DNA of 64,000 bases, from the NCBI GenBank assembly GCA_045159875.1, contig CP067995.1:2432001-2496000 (forward strand), read 5' to 3'. The position numbers were made by a program, and so were the translations under genes. Position 1 is the first letter of the stretch. Every line of letters starts with the position of its first letter. The stretch comes from a cyanobacterium endosymbiont of Rhopalodia gibba (GTDB lineage: Bacteria > Cyanobacteriota > Cyanobacteriia > Cyanobacteriales > Microcystaceae). Positions 46,927 through 58,562 of this stretch are shown here, one piece after another. A model generated the notes under the pieces. That model was not told where the DNA came from and ran no database searches. It worked only from the letters and a program-made list of their open reading frames with translations.

Positions 46927-48270
46927 ATGTCTAAATACGACTCCCACCTAAAATGTTCATTTTGCGGCAAATCCCAGGAACAAGTGCGAAAATTGATCGC
47001 CGGTCCAGGAGTCTACATCTGCGATGAATGTGTTGAGCTATGCAACGAGATTTTAGATGAAGAATTGATCGATACTCCGACAACGGCAGTGTCCGCAAGT
47101 TCCTCAAGAACTGAAGAGTCCCAACCTAAACGTCGTTCAAGTCGCGAACATCTTTCCCTAAATCAGATTCCCAAGCCTAGAGAAATTAAAAATTACCTCG
47201 ATGAATACGTTATTGGACAAGATGAGGCTAAAAAGGTTCTTTCCGTGGCAGTTTATAACCACTACAAGCGTCTGAGTCTTAGCCCGTCTCCAGAGGGAGA
47301 TGGGCCGGACGACTTTGTTGAACTGCAAAAATCGAATATTTTGTTGATGGGTCCAACAGGTTCAGGGAAAACTCTTCTTGCGCAAACCCTGGCCCAGATC
47401 CTACAAGTACCCTTTGCCGTTGCCGATGCCACCACCTTGACTGAGGCTGGTTATGTGGGGGAAGATGTAGAGAACATTCTACTTCGGCTGTTACAGGTAG
47501 CTGACTTAGATGTCGAGGAGGCCCAACGGGGTATAATTTATATAGATGAAATTGATAAAATTGCTCGTAAGAGTGAAAATCCCTCCATTACCCGTGATGT
47601 TTCTGGAGAAGGCGTCCAACAAGCCTTACTCAAGATGTTGGAAGGAACAGTAGCCAATGTTCCTCCCCAAGGCGGAAGAAAGCACCCTTATCAAGACTGC
47701 ATTCAAATTGACACCAGCAATATTCTCTTTATCTGTGGTGGGGCGTTTGTCGGTTTAGATAAAGTGATTGAACAACGACGGGGAAAAAAATCTATAGGCT
47801 TTATTCGCCCTGGAGATAATAGTCAAGCTAAAGACAGGCGAGCAGCTGACTTGATGCAACAAACAGAACCAGATGATCTAGTCAAATTTGGCATGATTCC
47901 TGAATTCGTGGGAAGAATTCCGGTGATGGCTGCTTTAGATCCTCTAGATGAAGATGCCCTGATTGCCATTCTGACTAAACCCCGCAACGCCTTGGTAAAA
48001 CAGTATCAAAAACTTTTGAAAATGGACAATGTTCAGTTAGAGTTTAATAAAGAAGCAGTGCGGGCGATCGCGAAAGAAGCCCACCGTCGCAAAACGGGAG
48101 CAAGAGCATTGCGGGGAATTGTGGAAGAATTGATGTTAGAAGTGATGTATGAATTGCCTTCCCGTAAGGATGTCAAGCGGTGTATGATTACTGAAGAGAT
48201 GGTCGAAAACCGTTCAACAGCTGACCTGTTGGTCCATCCTTCGTCTTTACCAACTCCAGAGTCTGCTTGA
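46927..48270 (+). CDS. clpX: ATP-dependent Clp protease ATP-binding subunit
   Basis: CSFCGK...ICDEC zinc finger, [34 protein letters not shown]. Confidence 0.97.
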   Translation: MSKYDSHLKCSFCGKSQEQVRKLIAGPGVYICDECVELCNEILDEELIDTPTTAVSASSSRTEESQPKRRSSREHLSLNQIPKPREIKNYLDEYVIGQDEAKKVLSVAVYNHYKRLSLSPSPEGDGPDDFVELQKSNILLMGPTGSGKTLLAQTLAQILQVPFAVADATTLTEAGYVGEDVENILLRLLQVADLDVEEAQRGIIYIDEIDKIARKSENPSITRDVSGEGVQQALLKMLEGTVANVPPQGGRKHPYQDCIQIDTSNILFICGGAFVGLDKVIEQRRGKKSIGFIRPGDNSQAKDRRAADLMQQTEPDDLVKFGMIPEFVGRIPVMAALDPLDEDALIAILTKPRNALVKQYQKLLKMDNVQLEFNKEAVRAIAKEAHRRKTGARALRGIVEELMLEVMYELPSRKDVKRCMITEEMVENRSTADLLVHPSSLPTPESA

Positions 48271-48419
48271 AATTAGTTAAACGTCAGCCATAATTTAGTA
48301 AATACAACTTATGGGTCTAACTAGGAGGATTTAGATACTTAATTTCACCAGTGACCTTCTTCTTATAAGCTTTCTGAGATATGATTAGTTTTCCCAAACA
48401 GTACAATAACAAAGACTTC

Positions 48420-49260
48420 TAGCATGGTTAACGTTCGTGGTGTTGATCTTTGCTATGCTATGAATGGGTGCACCATGAAAGAAAATCAACCAGAAATGAC
48501 AAAAAAAAACCGGTGATGGTTTACATTGATATCCGGATAGATTTGGCTTGATACTAGCACAGAACAGTCCAAAAGTTATGTAACACCTACTATTGTCTAT
48601 AATATAATTTACGTGGATTTTGAAGGTCACAACTCAGTTCTACAATCCTGTAGAACTGAGTTGTGACCTAGAAGAGTATGCCCAGGATTTAAAAATACTT
48701 CTGGGCGCTTTGTTTTGGGAATTGAGAAAAGCTATTCCATAACCACTTGATGGAGGCTTTTATCGAGACCTTGTTCGTTATCATGTATTCCGAGTAGAAA
48801 AGGCTATCTTTAGTTGTAAGGGTTTTTTAAAATATAAAAAACAGGCGTTTGTACTTTTAGCAAATTTTGCGGATACATTGTTAAATTCCCTTATTATTGG
48901 TTTCTAACGGTTTCTTTGGCTGATTGATTACTTATGGCAAGGTTTTTACATCGTCCGATTAATCAAGTAGAACGGAGTAATTTTTTAAAAAACTTTATCC
49001 TGGCAGATTATGAAGCAACATTAGGAATACTTTATATATCTTTGAGCCCAAGAGCAATTACTGTTATGCTCCAATTCGCAAAAAAATCGGTTTCGACATT
49101 ATTGATTTCAGGAGAAAAAGATATTATTATCTCGGCTGAGATGGAGCGAGTGGTAGCAGAACTGATTCGAAATATTCAATATGTCAAAATAGTTTATTTT
49201 CCTATATTAGAGAATAGAAAAACTTATTTAGAAAATGTTCAGAAATTTTTAGAAGTGTAG
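48420..49260 (+). pseudogene. Alpha/beta hydrolase pseudogene
   Basis: VNVRGVD..YEW, KPVMVYI, YNLRGF*RS, DLEEYAQDL, and residual ORF 48934-49260 with TLLISGEKDIII; stops and frameshifts. Confidence 0.8.
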
Positions 49261-49299
49261 TAACTGCCCTCTGGGCATAATGTAATCCTTGAAACTAAA

Positions 49300-49872
49300 A
49301 TGATATTTTCTGAGAAAAAAAAATTACGACGAAAACTCTTAAGACAACGTCAATCTTTAGACAAGAAAATATGGCAGGAAAAAAGCAACCGCCTCTGTAC
49401 AAGGATAAAATCTTTATCTTTATTTCAGGAAGCTAAAACAATTCTGGCGTATTTTACCTTTCGCCAGGAACCTATTCTTAATTCTCTTTTTACAATGGAA
49501 CACTGTTGGGGGTTTCCTCGTTGTGTCGATCAATCCTTGATTTGGCATTATTGGACTCCTGGAGATGCTCTAAATGTAGGAACTTATGGTATTTTGGAAC
49601 CTGACTTAAATGCCCCAATTTTAGACTCTTTTGAGGTTGATTTAATCTTGGTTCCTGCTGTCGCTTGTGATAATCAGGGGTATCGCTTAGGGTATGGAGG
49701 AGGGTTCTATGATCGTTTGTTAAATTCTCCTCAATGGCAACATATTCCTACCATAGGAATTGTTTTTGATTTTGCCTATGTTAATCGACTATCAGTTGAG
49801 TCTTGGGATTGTAAATTAAAGGCAATTTGCACCGAAACACAATACTTAAATTTATTAGAATCAGATAATTGA
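49300..49872 (+). CDS. 5-formyltetrahydrofolate cyclo-ligase
   Basis: YGILEP, DLILVPAVACD.QGYRLGYGGGFYDR. Confidence 0.93.
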   Translation: MIFSEKKKLRRKLLRQRQSLDKKIWQEKSNRLCTRIKSLSLFQEAKTILAYFTFRQEPILNSLFTMEHCWGFPRCVDQSLIWHYWTPGDALNVGTYGILEPDLNAPILDSFEVDLILVPAVACDNQGYRLGYGGGFYDRLLNSPQWQHIPTIGIVFDFAYVNRLSVESWDCKLKAICTETQYLNLLESDN

Positions 49873-50409
49873 GTATATTTGCTTAGAAATAGATAAATGT
49901 GTCTACCATTAAAATTTATTAATTTACTGAAAGATTCTCTAAGATTGTCGTTAGCATAAAGTTGTGTAATAATACTCAGTCAATTAATGTTAGGTTGGGT
50001 AAAAAAATTGTAAGAAGAAGATTTATCAGACGAATTATAAAGCATTTTTTTTATAACTGAATTAGGGGAAGTGTGATAATAATGGATGAACAGATTGACC
50101 TAGAAGAAAATACAATGACTACCAAGTGTCTTATCCCGGAGCAGTAGTACCTAAGGCGATCTCTAATGACGAAAAATTGTATTTAAAGTAGAAAATTTGA
50201 TTAATTGGGGAAGTTATTACTTAGGGTTATGGCAGTCGTTTTCAGTTATTTTGTTAAGAGTCCTATACTAACTGTTTCTACTTTGGCTTTTGATGCTGTC
50301 ACAGTGGCTGAATTAGAAGTCAAAGAATCTAATCTGTATAGAGAGAACTTGATTATCTAGATTATCCAATAATATTGCAATTTAGTTGTTTGAATAAAAA
50401 AAATATAAT

Positions 50410-50800
50410 TCAATTTATAATTTTTCTCCCCTATAATAAAACCGAGCAATGGCAATATAAATTGGATTATTTCGTGAAAGAAAATCAACAATTTTTAGCG
50501 GCGTTATACTGGGGATTATTGCAAGAATGAAATAATGATAAAGATCTGTTAGGAATTGACTTGCAATCCCAGCCTCATTTTGTTCGTTGTTCTCATAAAG
50601 TAATTGAAGAACTTAATAAAAAAGTTAAGTAACAGATTCAAGAAAATCTAGGTATTTTAGATGGATATAATCCTCAAAAAAAAGTAGTCATAATTTTTAT
50701 TTTTAAAGGTAAAATTAAACTAATAAATTTTAAAATTAACCCTTTTTTTAAATTTATCTTCAAGATATGTATAGTACTTTAATTAAACAACTTAATTAAT
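50410..50800 (+). pseudogene. ccmS: Beta-carboxysome assembly protein CcmS pseudogene
   Basis: WQYKLDYFVKENQQFLAALYWGLLQE*NNDKDLLGIDLQSQPHFVRC...VK*QIQENLGILDGYNP...KGKIKLINF matches recalled CcmS (WRSQLDRFVKENQQDLAALFWGL...GIDLQPTPHFV); in-frame stops at 50528 and 50630. Confidence 0.8.
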
Positions 50801-50979
50801 CTTGATTACAGAGAAACTCACCTACTTGTATACAGTTTTATTTCGCTTTAAGATATGTCTCCAGCAGTTAAATAGTGATAACAGAAAAATACTAACCGAA
50901 TGAAGGGATGAATAGTAAGTAAGTCAATCTTTAATAAAGAGAGTATATAGGAGTTTTTTTAAAACCTCCTATATACTAG

Positions 50980-51320
50980 CCTATTTAATAATTTAAATAA
51001 CAAAATTAGAAGAGCAAAAATTAGAAAAGTTAACTAGCGACTTAAAAGTATCTCTAGAAGAAGAACAAGGAAAAAAAGTTATGTTTAAATGCAAGAGAAT
51101 AGCAAAATTTTAAAAAATCTAGATTAGGTAAGTACATCACAAAATAAAGTTAGAAAAATAACTTAATAAGTTGTCTATATTATTTCTCTAGAATAGCAAT
51201 CTACAGAAATAATATATGGATGGCACCAAATGAAAAATTATGAAATTCTTAGAAAGACATTTTACGGCGAATATATATAATTCAGTTGAAGTAGTCAAAT
51301 AAAGTCTTACTACATACAAG
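50980..51320 (+). mobile_element. Eroded IS630-family transposase C-terminus
   Basis: GWHQMKNYEILRKTFYGEY resembles EWHQLKTHEIAGRMFEDEY. Confidence 0.55.
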
Positions 51321-51439
51321 TTACTATAAAAAATATCGATTAAAAAAATAAAAATTAAACTCTAATTACTTAAATATTAAATCTATAAAGTAATTTGCTT
51401 TTCTTACATTTATTTCAAGCTATCTACTCACTTGTTTCT

Positions 51440-52130
51440 GGAACCCTAGTTCATGCTCTTTAATTCACCGTTAGACCATTAAGCCACTTCAGTCTGTCGG
51501 GTTTATCTATGCGAGCCTCACTATCTTCTGGGTGGATTGCATAAGTCGCCGTACTATTGAGGTTGTTCAGACCGATTTGAGCAATATCCTTGCCACCGTT
51601 CCCACAATCAACGCCCCGCCAAAACTTGCTAATATCCTGCTCAAATCTTTCGCCATCTAGGTCAGAGTATATGATATATATCATTACTAATTTTTCACTC
51701 TTCGGCGATGAACCATACGTCATCTTCAAAGCCGATTCCCTCGTCGGACTTATTTTCCTGCTCGGAGTAAGCTCCGCAAAGAAATGGAAGAACCAATTAA
51801 TTGTTTAACGTAAGCTGCTTCTCTTGGTAGAACTCGACTAGTACCCCATCTGCGAGAGTTTGATTATTCTACTTAGCTATTAGGTCAGCTGGGTCGGCGT
51901 TTTGCCACCTACAATTTTACCAAACACATCTTATAGACCACGCTGAACAAATGTCCAGCATCTTCAAACATTTCGCAAGCAGCACTGTCGTTCATAGTAG
52001 TCAGTGTATTAAGATTACTATGCGGAAAGTCGGCATTGCAGCTACCACAGTCCCACAGGTGAAATCAGTGCTGTTGTTTCTTCAATATTTGCTATTCGGC
52101 ACACCTTTTTCAAAAAAGTATGTTGCGTTA
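51440..52130 (-). pseudogene. Fragment of a secreted enzyme gene, possibly an atypical alkaline phosphatase
   Basis: GC-richer island; across frames MFEDAGHLFSVVY...ADPADLIAK*NNQTLADGVLVEF...FLCGAYSEQENKSDEGIGFEDDVWFIAEE*; family recalled from memory only. Confidence 0.4.
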
Positions 52131-52879
52131 TAAAGTCAGATTATTCACTAAATTTTTTCCTTCAGTATAAAGTGAAAAAATACTTTAGATTGTTCCACTG
52201 AAAAAAGTTAGTGAATATTATTAGTCAGTAGTTGTTGACTCTGGGTAAAAGTTATTAACTTTTACTTTTCTTTTTACCATCTTATTACTTTTAGTTTTAT
52301 ACAGATTTTATTAGATACATTGGTTTTATGAAAAAAGTAGTCGATGAACAGCAATTATTGATCCTTTTAATAGTAGTTTAGCTATTTTTTAGACAGGCTA
52401 CATTCATAATCAATATTTTTATTTTTGCCGTGTAGAGGAAATTCTCCCCTTTTTGTGCATGATGCCGATATCCTAGACAACTACAAAGCTTGATTAATTG
52501 AGGGTTTAACTTTTTGATGGGTTCCACAATTTCTTTCTCAAATATTGAACTACTAGATAGGGTAGAAAGTGGTTAATTTACTCTAAAAAGATTATGATCA
52601 TACCGTAAATAGTTCACTATTTACGGTGTGAATATTTAGTTAAAAAATATGATAAGCAAGCCTCTCCTTACACCCTCAGCTTGCTTATCATGTAATACTA
52701 TCAGTCTAATTATGTTAAACTTCTTCAATAATATTAGGTTTAGAAATTAGACTAAAAAAGAAGATTAATTTTGGTGTGTTGTGGGAGAAAAAAAAGAAAT
52801 TAGCAAGAATATTGTGGTTGATTTAACGGATTAAACTTAATATTTTATTTATGAATAAGCTCTCAAAAAAATCTATTAT

Positions 52880-53863
52880 CTATCTAGAAAAAATCTGACA
52901 TAATTCAATCGTTTTAGTTTGTAAGCTGGCTAAAGCATTACCACCACGTTTTAAAGCAAATTCCAATTCTAATAAAACAGGCAAGGTTGCTAAGAGTTGC
53001 TCACTAGACAAAGATTGTAATTCTCTCCGCAAAAAATAAAGGCTTTTGGGGTTAACAATATCGGCAGCTTTGGCAATCACTTTGTCATCTTTTTGACCAG
53101 ATTCAATGTGAAGTTTAACCATTGCCCAAGTGCGGAATTGTCCCACTAAAGTTGCTACAAGTTTTAAAGCTGGTTCATTATGGGAAATTAAATCAGCAAT
53201 TAATTGTAAAGATTGTCCTTTATTTCCCTGACGAATAGCTTGAGCAAGTCGTAAACTACTTTGGTTACTAGCATTGACTAAAGTAGTAATAATATCTGTA
53301 CCTAAGGGCGTGGTTCGATCAAGACTATAAAGGCGTAACTTTTCTAGTTCATAACTTAATTTTCGCGTGTTATTCCCGATAGATTCTACTAATAACTCTG
53401 TTGCTTTAGGCGTTAGTTGAACGCCAATTTCCTGAGAAATGCGCTTAACTTGGTTGATTAATTCATCAGTTTTCCAAGGAGAAATAAGAGAAAATTCTTT
53501 GATCTCGGCATATTTTTCTAAAAGTTTAATAGATTTTAGTCGGCAATCGGGTTTTTTACTCGATGTTAACACTAGGTGAGAATTTTCCGGAATAGCGGGT
53601 AAAGTTTGTTGCAGTTGGGAAAAGATTTCTTCGGAACACTCTTGAAAGATGCTAGGGTTTATAAACCAAACAAGTCTTTCTCCCATGCCAAAAACTGGAG
53701 TCATCACTTGATTTAAGGCTTGTTCTATTGCATTAGCCTGATATCCATAGATTTTATCGTAATTAAATTGAATCCAGTTAGGATCAAGGAGAGTTTCTAG
53801 TTTTTTCTTAACAGTTTGGGTGATTGCAAAGTCATCTTCACCCCACAATAAATAAATTGGCAT
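52880..53863 (-). CDS. holA: DNA polymerase III subunit delta
   Basis: MPIYLLWGEDDF, TPVFGMGERLVW, ELEKLRLY, NEPALKLVATL. Confidence 0.92.
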   Translation of the reverse strand: MPIYLLWGEDDFAITQTVKKKLETLLDPNWIQFNYDKIYGYQANAIEQALNQVMTPVFGMGERLVWFINPSIFQECSEEIFSQLQQTLPAIPENSHLVLTSSKKPDCRLKSIKLLEKYAEIKEFSLISPWKTDELINQVKRISQEIGVQLTPKATELLVESIGNNTRKLSYELEKLRLYSLDRTTPLGTDIITTLVNASNQSSLRLAQAIRQGNKGQSLQLIADLISHNEPALKLVATLVGQFRTWAMVKLHIESGQKDDKVIAKAADIVNPKSLYFLRRELQSLSSEQLLATLPVLLELEFALKRGGNALASLQTKTIELCQIFSR

Positions 53864-53929
53864 AGAAAATCTCAGATAAATTAGAGAAAATAATAATATC
53901 AGGTTGTTGAATTCTTAGAGGAAGAAAGC

Positions 53930-54703
53930 TTGGACGAAACTTATCAAACCTATATTAATCGGGTGGCACGACTGACCATACCGGATATTTATCAAACCCA
54001 ACTTCAGAATATCCAAAAATCACCTAAATTTCAGGGGGGAAAATTTGTTGCTTTTCCCGGTTATACAGTTCTTACTCCTCCTTACGCAGAAGATTTTCTT
54101 AATGAGGAATTTTATCATTATTTGGAAACCATACAACAGCAATTATCGGAACGGATAGAGTCAGATATGGTTGCTTGGGTTCCACCAAATAGTTTTCATT
54201 TAACCTTGGCTGATTTAATTTGGGATAAAAGTTATCAAGAAGCGGTCCAAGATAGTCCTAATTTCGACCAAAAAATTAAAGTTTATATGGAGGAAAGTTT
54301 TAAAAACTACCAAAAAGTTGAACTAGAAAAAAATGAAACTAAATGGCAATTATTAGGTTTATTAGTGTTTCCTCGTGCTCTAGTCGTAGGATTAGTACCT
54401 TGTGATGAGTTATCCTACAAAAAAATTGTTCAATTAAGGCGGTCTATTTATCAAAATATGGATTTAATAGCTTTGGGAATTGAACAACAGTATTATTTTA
54501 CAGCTCATATTTCTTTGGGATATTTTACGGAAAATATATATGAGCTCGATCGGGATTACTTAGCCTCTGTTTTAACTACCTTTGATGATAAATGCTTAGA
54601 AGCTGAACCAAAGGTTTTAACGATTCGCCAGGTTGAGTTACGTAAATTTGAAGATATGACGAACTTTTTACCAAGAGATAATAATCCTATGGTAGAACTT
54701 TAA
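53930..54703 (+). CDS. DUF1868 domain protein (2H-phosphoesterase-like)
   Basis: TTG start; FPGYTV, SFHLTLADL and AHISLGYF HxT/S motifs. Confidence 0.8.
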   Translation: MDETYQTYINRVARLTIPDIYQTQLQNIQKSPKFQGGKFVAFPGYTVLTPPYAEDFLNEEFYHYLETIQQQLSERIESDMVAWVPPNSFHLTLADLIWDKSYQEAVQDSPNFDQKIKVYMEESFKNYQKVELEKNETKWQLLGLLVFPRALVVGLVPCDELSYKKIVQLRRSIYQNMDLIALGIEQQYYFTAHISLGYFTENIYELDRDYLASVLTTFDDKCLEAEPKVLTIRQVELRKFEDMTNFLPRDNNPMVEL

Positions 54704-55129
54704 GTATTCAATTTGGTTAGAAAGTAGGGGAAATTAGATATAGTCTTAAACTATTTTAGAGATTGTTTGTTGATGATAAAATTAAGTCAAAGTTTTATCT
54801 TTTTTTAGGGTAATTAAGTTCTAAACTATCTAATAGTTAGTTAAAATCTTTACCATAATTTTAACCCTATGGTCTTAATTCTTTATTGATAAACAGTCTC
54901 TTCAAATTTTCCTAAATTGATAATTTTTAATCTATTAAATTAGGGTATTAGCATACAAAATACTCTATGCTGCAACTGTGGGAACATTAATGCCAGGAAG
55001 GACTACACTCTTACCCGATGCAGTGCTTCAAGAGTAGCATGGCAACTGGGAACAATTGCCTGTCCTGCTGCGATTTTCGAGCTATAGGTTTCCTGATAAC
55101 GGCGTAGAAGTAGGCTATGAGTTAGAGGA

Positions 55130-55500
55130 GTTTCAATTAATTTTAAAACTTCTCGTTGAGGAATATTAGAAATTACTTTTTATAAGTCACGAGAAAAGGA
55201 TTGTGATTGCTCTTTTTTTACAAGTTGATAGTTCTTAAGTATTTAATGTTCTTACCGCTATTATAAACCACAATATTATGTTCCATTAATTTCTCAATTT
55301 CCTCTGATCTAATTTATAGATAGATGGGAAAAAAGCTTTAAAATAGGTGCTTTTAAGGTATTGTTACGTTTTTGATAAAAAATTTAGGAATACAAGAGCC
55401 TTTATTTATTTAATCCTCTAACTAAAATATTAATAATGGCTTCACTTCCACCTAGGAAATATTTACCCTTCGTATCGGTACCAATGAGATTTTAAACCTG
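55130..55500 (-). mobile_element. Possible eroded IS630-family fragment
   Basis: Weak RRVN..LGG similarity to IS630 RGRVNVMGG; heavily decayed. Confidence 0.25.
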
Positions 55501-57043
55501 ATAAAAAAACATTCTAAATCAATTAAGCGATGTACCCAAGAATATTCAACAATTTTATTCATTAAATTTTCTACAGAACTATTAATAGTTTGTCGTTGAA
55601 ATTAACTTTTAATTGAATTTTAAAAAATAACGACTAACTAAAGTAGAAATTAATTGCTATTCAGATCAGAATCTAATAGTAGATTTTTTTGGGAAAAAAC
55701 AGCAAATAGCCAACATTTTTATTCAAGTTATTTTAACTATTGCGCTCTTCAAGAAGTTATTTTAAAAACTCATTTGAGCCACTAAAATTAAAGATATTTT
55801 TAAAAGAAAGAAGCTCTGCCATTAAATTTTAATCCTTAGTGTCAAAAACTATTAGCTACTTCTCCAGCAATGGTATGACTTTTAAAAATAACTATTATTT
55901 GTCATATTGATCTAGTAATGCCCTTGCGGGTAAGCCTCTAATTCCACTTATCAAGCTATCATCTATTTTACGACAAAACTATTTATGATTAGCATCTATT
56001 AGGTCTACTCAATTTAGTAGAATAAAAACAATCGAGTTCTAACATAGAACTATTTGGCAATAACTTTAATAATAAGCAGACTGTTTAAAAATCGAAACAT
56101 TCCAAAATCAAGTTTTTTAAACGTCAATATTAATAGCTTAGCACGACAGGTTCATTATAAATGATCTTTTTACTTCTATGGATTAGATTGTCTATGTTGT
56201 GAGTAAAATCTAGACCAAATATTTTTATTTTGTAGCAGTTAAGAGGTTTAAATTTTATATCAAAGATGTATTTTATGCTACCGAACTTCTGTTATGAAAC
56301 TTATATTTCAAGGGAAATAGATTCTAACTGTCGGGTTTTTGATAAGACTAATAGTCGTTCTACCTTTTCTCTTTTAAGAAAGTTAAGAATTATTTCTATC
56401 GTATTTTCTTTTGTATCCTCTTGCTATACTCAAATTAACTAAGGCAATATCTCTTTTGATCGGTTCAAATAGACTATATAATTAATTCATCTTCATGAAA
56501 GATTTAAGCAAAGGAACAGTGCTTTTTTGTAAAAAATATTTATTTTAAATAAATTATTAAGTTCTTAAAATTATTAATTGACATCTGATGGTTTTTAATT
56601 TGTTTTAAAAACTCTTCCCCATTTCTAATTATTAGCTCACTATCTTAAGTCCGATAAAACTGCCTATTTATAATCTTCTTTATTTGTAAGGCTAGGATCG
56701 TACGATAAAATTTTCTCAACTCTTCCTCTTCCACGACTAGGAAGGTTATGCTCTATATAATAGATGAATTAATTTTTTTTTATTTTTTTAATTTAAATTT
56801 TTCATTAGAAACTCTAGGATTTTATTCAGTAAATCTTTTTATTTATTGCTAGTTTTTACTAATTTTATTTATTCAACTATTGAAAAATACTATTAACTTT
56901 TATTGATAGTTTTTATACTCTAAGTCTAAATACATTTATGTTCTAAGGCTTTGATAAATTTTTCTAAAGCTTTTAATAAGCTCTTTTTTAGATTCAATCG
57001 AAATGAACTAGACTATACGCTAATATTGGCCTCTGGTTAAGTC

Positions 57044-57361
57044 TTAAGAAGACTTTTTTTTAAATAAAGCTTTATATAAAGCAAACAAAATGGACCCTAA
57101 GATTCCGAGCATGATTATAGAGGTCACTAACCGTAAGACACTATTGAGTAAGTACAGAACAACAATAATAGCTACAATAATCAGGCTTAATTTTCTAGGA
57201 GTAGCCAAGCTATCGTACCATTGTTTGAGGCGAACTAGAAGATTTTTAGAATTTTCATTAGCCTTAAAAGGACGCACAGGAGATAGTTCAGATTCTTTGT
57301 TTATTTCTGCTTCTAAATCTTTGAGGTGTTGTTCGCAGTCTTGAGGATTTTGCTGACTCAT
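57044..57361 (-). CDS. Hypothetical membrane protein
   Basis: 105-aa ORF: LKDLEAEIN coiled region then two hydrophobic helices. Confidence 0.7.
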   Translation of the reverse strand: MSQQNPQDCEQHLKDLEAEINKESELSPVRPFKANENSKNLLVRLKQWYDSLATPRKLSLIIVAIIVVLYLLNSVLRLVTSIIMLGILGSILFALYKALFKKKSS

Positions 57362-57749
57362 AGGATTTGGATGTTAATTGAAATTACTATCTAGATTCTG
57401 TGTCTATTATAAAGGCAATACTAGAACATTGGGATAGAATAAATATTAGTGTTTTTAGTCTTTGTCATAGCCTCTCCAAGAATTTTTATCACAAGAAAAT
57501 TAAAAAAATATCTTAGCATTTTGTAGCCTAGATAATTATTAAACAATCTATGTGTCTTAAATATAGCTATCGTATTTACCAAACCTACAGTTTTAATCTT
57601 TTGATGACATTTTTAGTTACTGTCTTTTTATTTTCTCAAGAAAAATATATCATCATATATTTGAATCTATAATTTTTAGGAGTTTCACACTCTAAGTTGT
57701 GCATAATTATTTTAGCTTAATCGTGTACTCACAAAAAGCTCGTTATTAA

Positions 57750-58165
57750 TAATTGAGAATCAAAAAAAACAAGTAGTGATAGCTGCCGTTACCTCTGCTT
57801 GTCGAAAAGTTCGCACTTTTAATGCTTCTTCAAGTCTACACAAAGCTGATACCAATCCGGTGGCAACAGTTGATCTTACTTCATAAGTGGTGATTTTTTA
57901 CACTTTATCTAAGGCATTTTCTAATGCTCCAGGTTATAGCAGAATAAAATATTTTTATACTTCAATAATCAGAATTTTCTGATTTAATTGTTCAAATCAC
58001 TAGGAAATTAAAGTAAATACTTTTACAAATAACTTCAAAGAGGGTGATTGACTCAATTAATTATGGCAATGGTCAAATTGCAGTATGTTACTAGACTATA
58101 GATACTATTGAATAGACTAAGGGGACATCCGAGGAAATTAAGATGTGATTGCCCTGGCGTTACAG
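57750..58165 (+). pseudogene. 3'(2'),5'-bisphosphate nucleotidase (CysQ/HAL2-like) pseudogene, 5' half
   Basis: KKQVVIAAVTSAC...KADTNPVATVDLTS*...AFSNAP; VIDSINYGNG...Y*TIDTIE*TKG...IALAL (degenerate WTLDPIDGTKG). Confidence 0.8.
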
Positions 58166-58562
58166 AGCAAAATATTTCATTATAAATATATAAAAAATAC
58201 TTTATTTTATAAATATGTCTATTAAGGGAAAAATTCCAAGGACTTACAAACTATTCTTGTATATCTTTAATAGCATTTTTTGGTAACTTTTTTATTTGTT
58301 TAAAAAATTAGGTTTTTAAATTTCTTAAATACTTTCATAAAAAAAATGTGTATCTTATGAAAATAAGAATAGTTAAAACGTATGTTTATCAGCTGTACAA
58401 CCAGTTAAAGTTTAAGGCAACAATCCTGTTAACCATCTTAGTTAAATCTGAGATCAATGAAAATCAAAATGAAGTAATTGATTTATTTGTAGAAGCTTAG
58501 TTCAATAGTCTAATTAGAATATGGTCTGATTATGCATTATCTATATTAGATTATCTCAGAGA

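Noticed and set aside
52649..52691. Yfr1 sRNA (loop contains CTCCTTACAC)
   Set aside because: It mismatches the ACTCCTCACAC motif and lies in a hairpin loop rather than between two hairpins.
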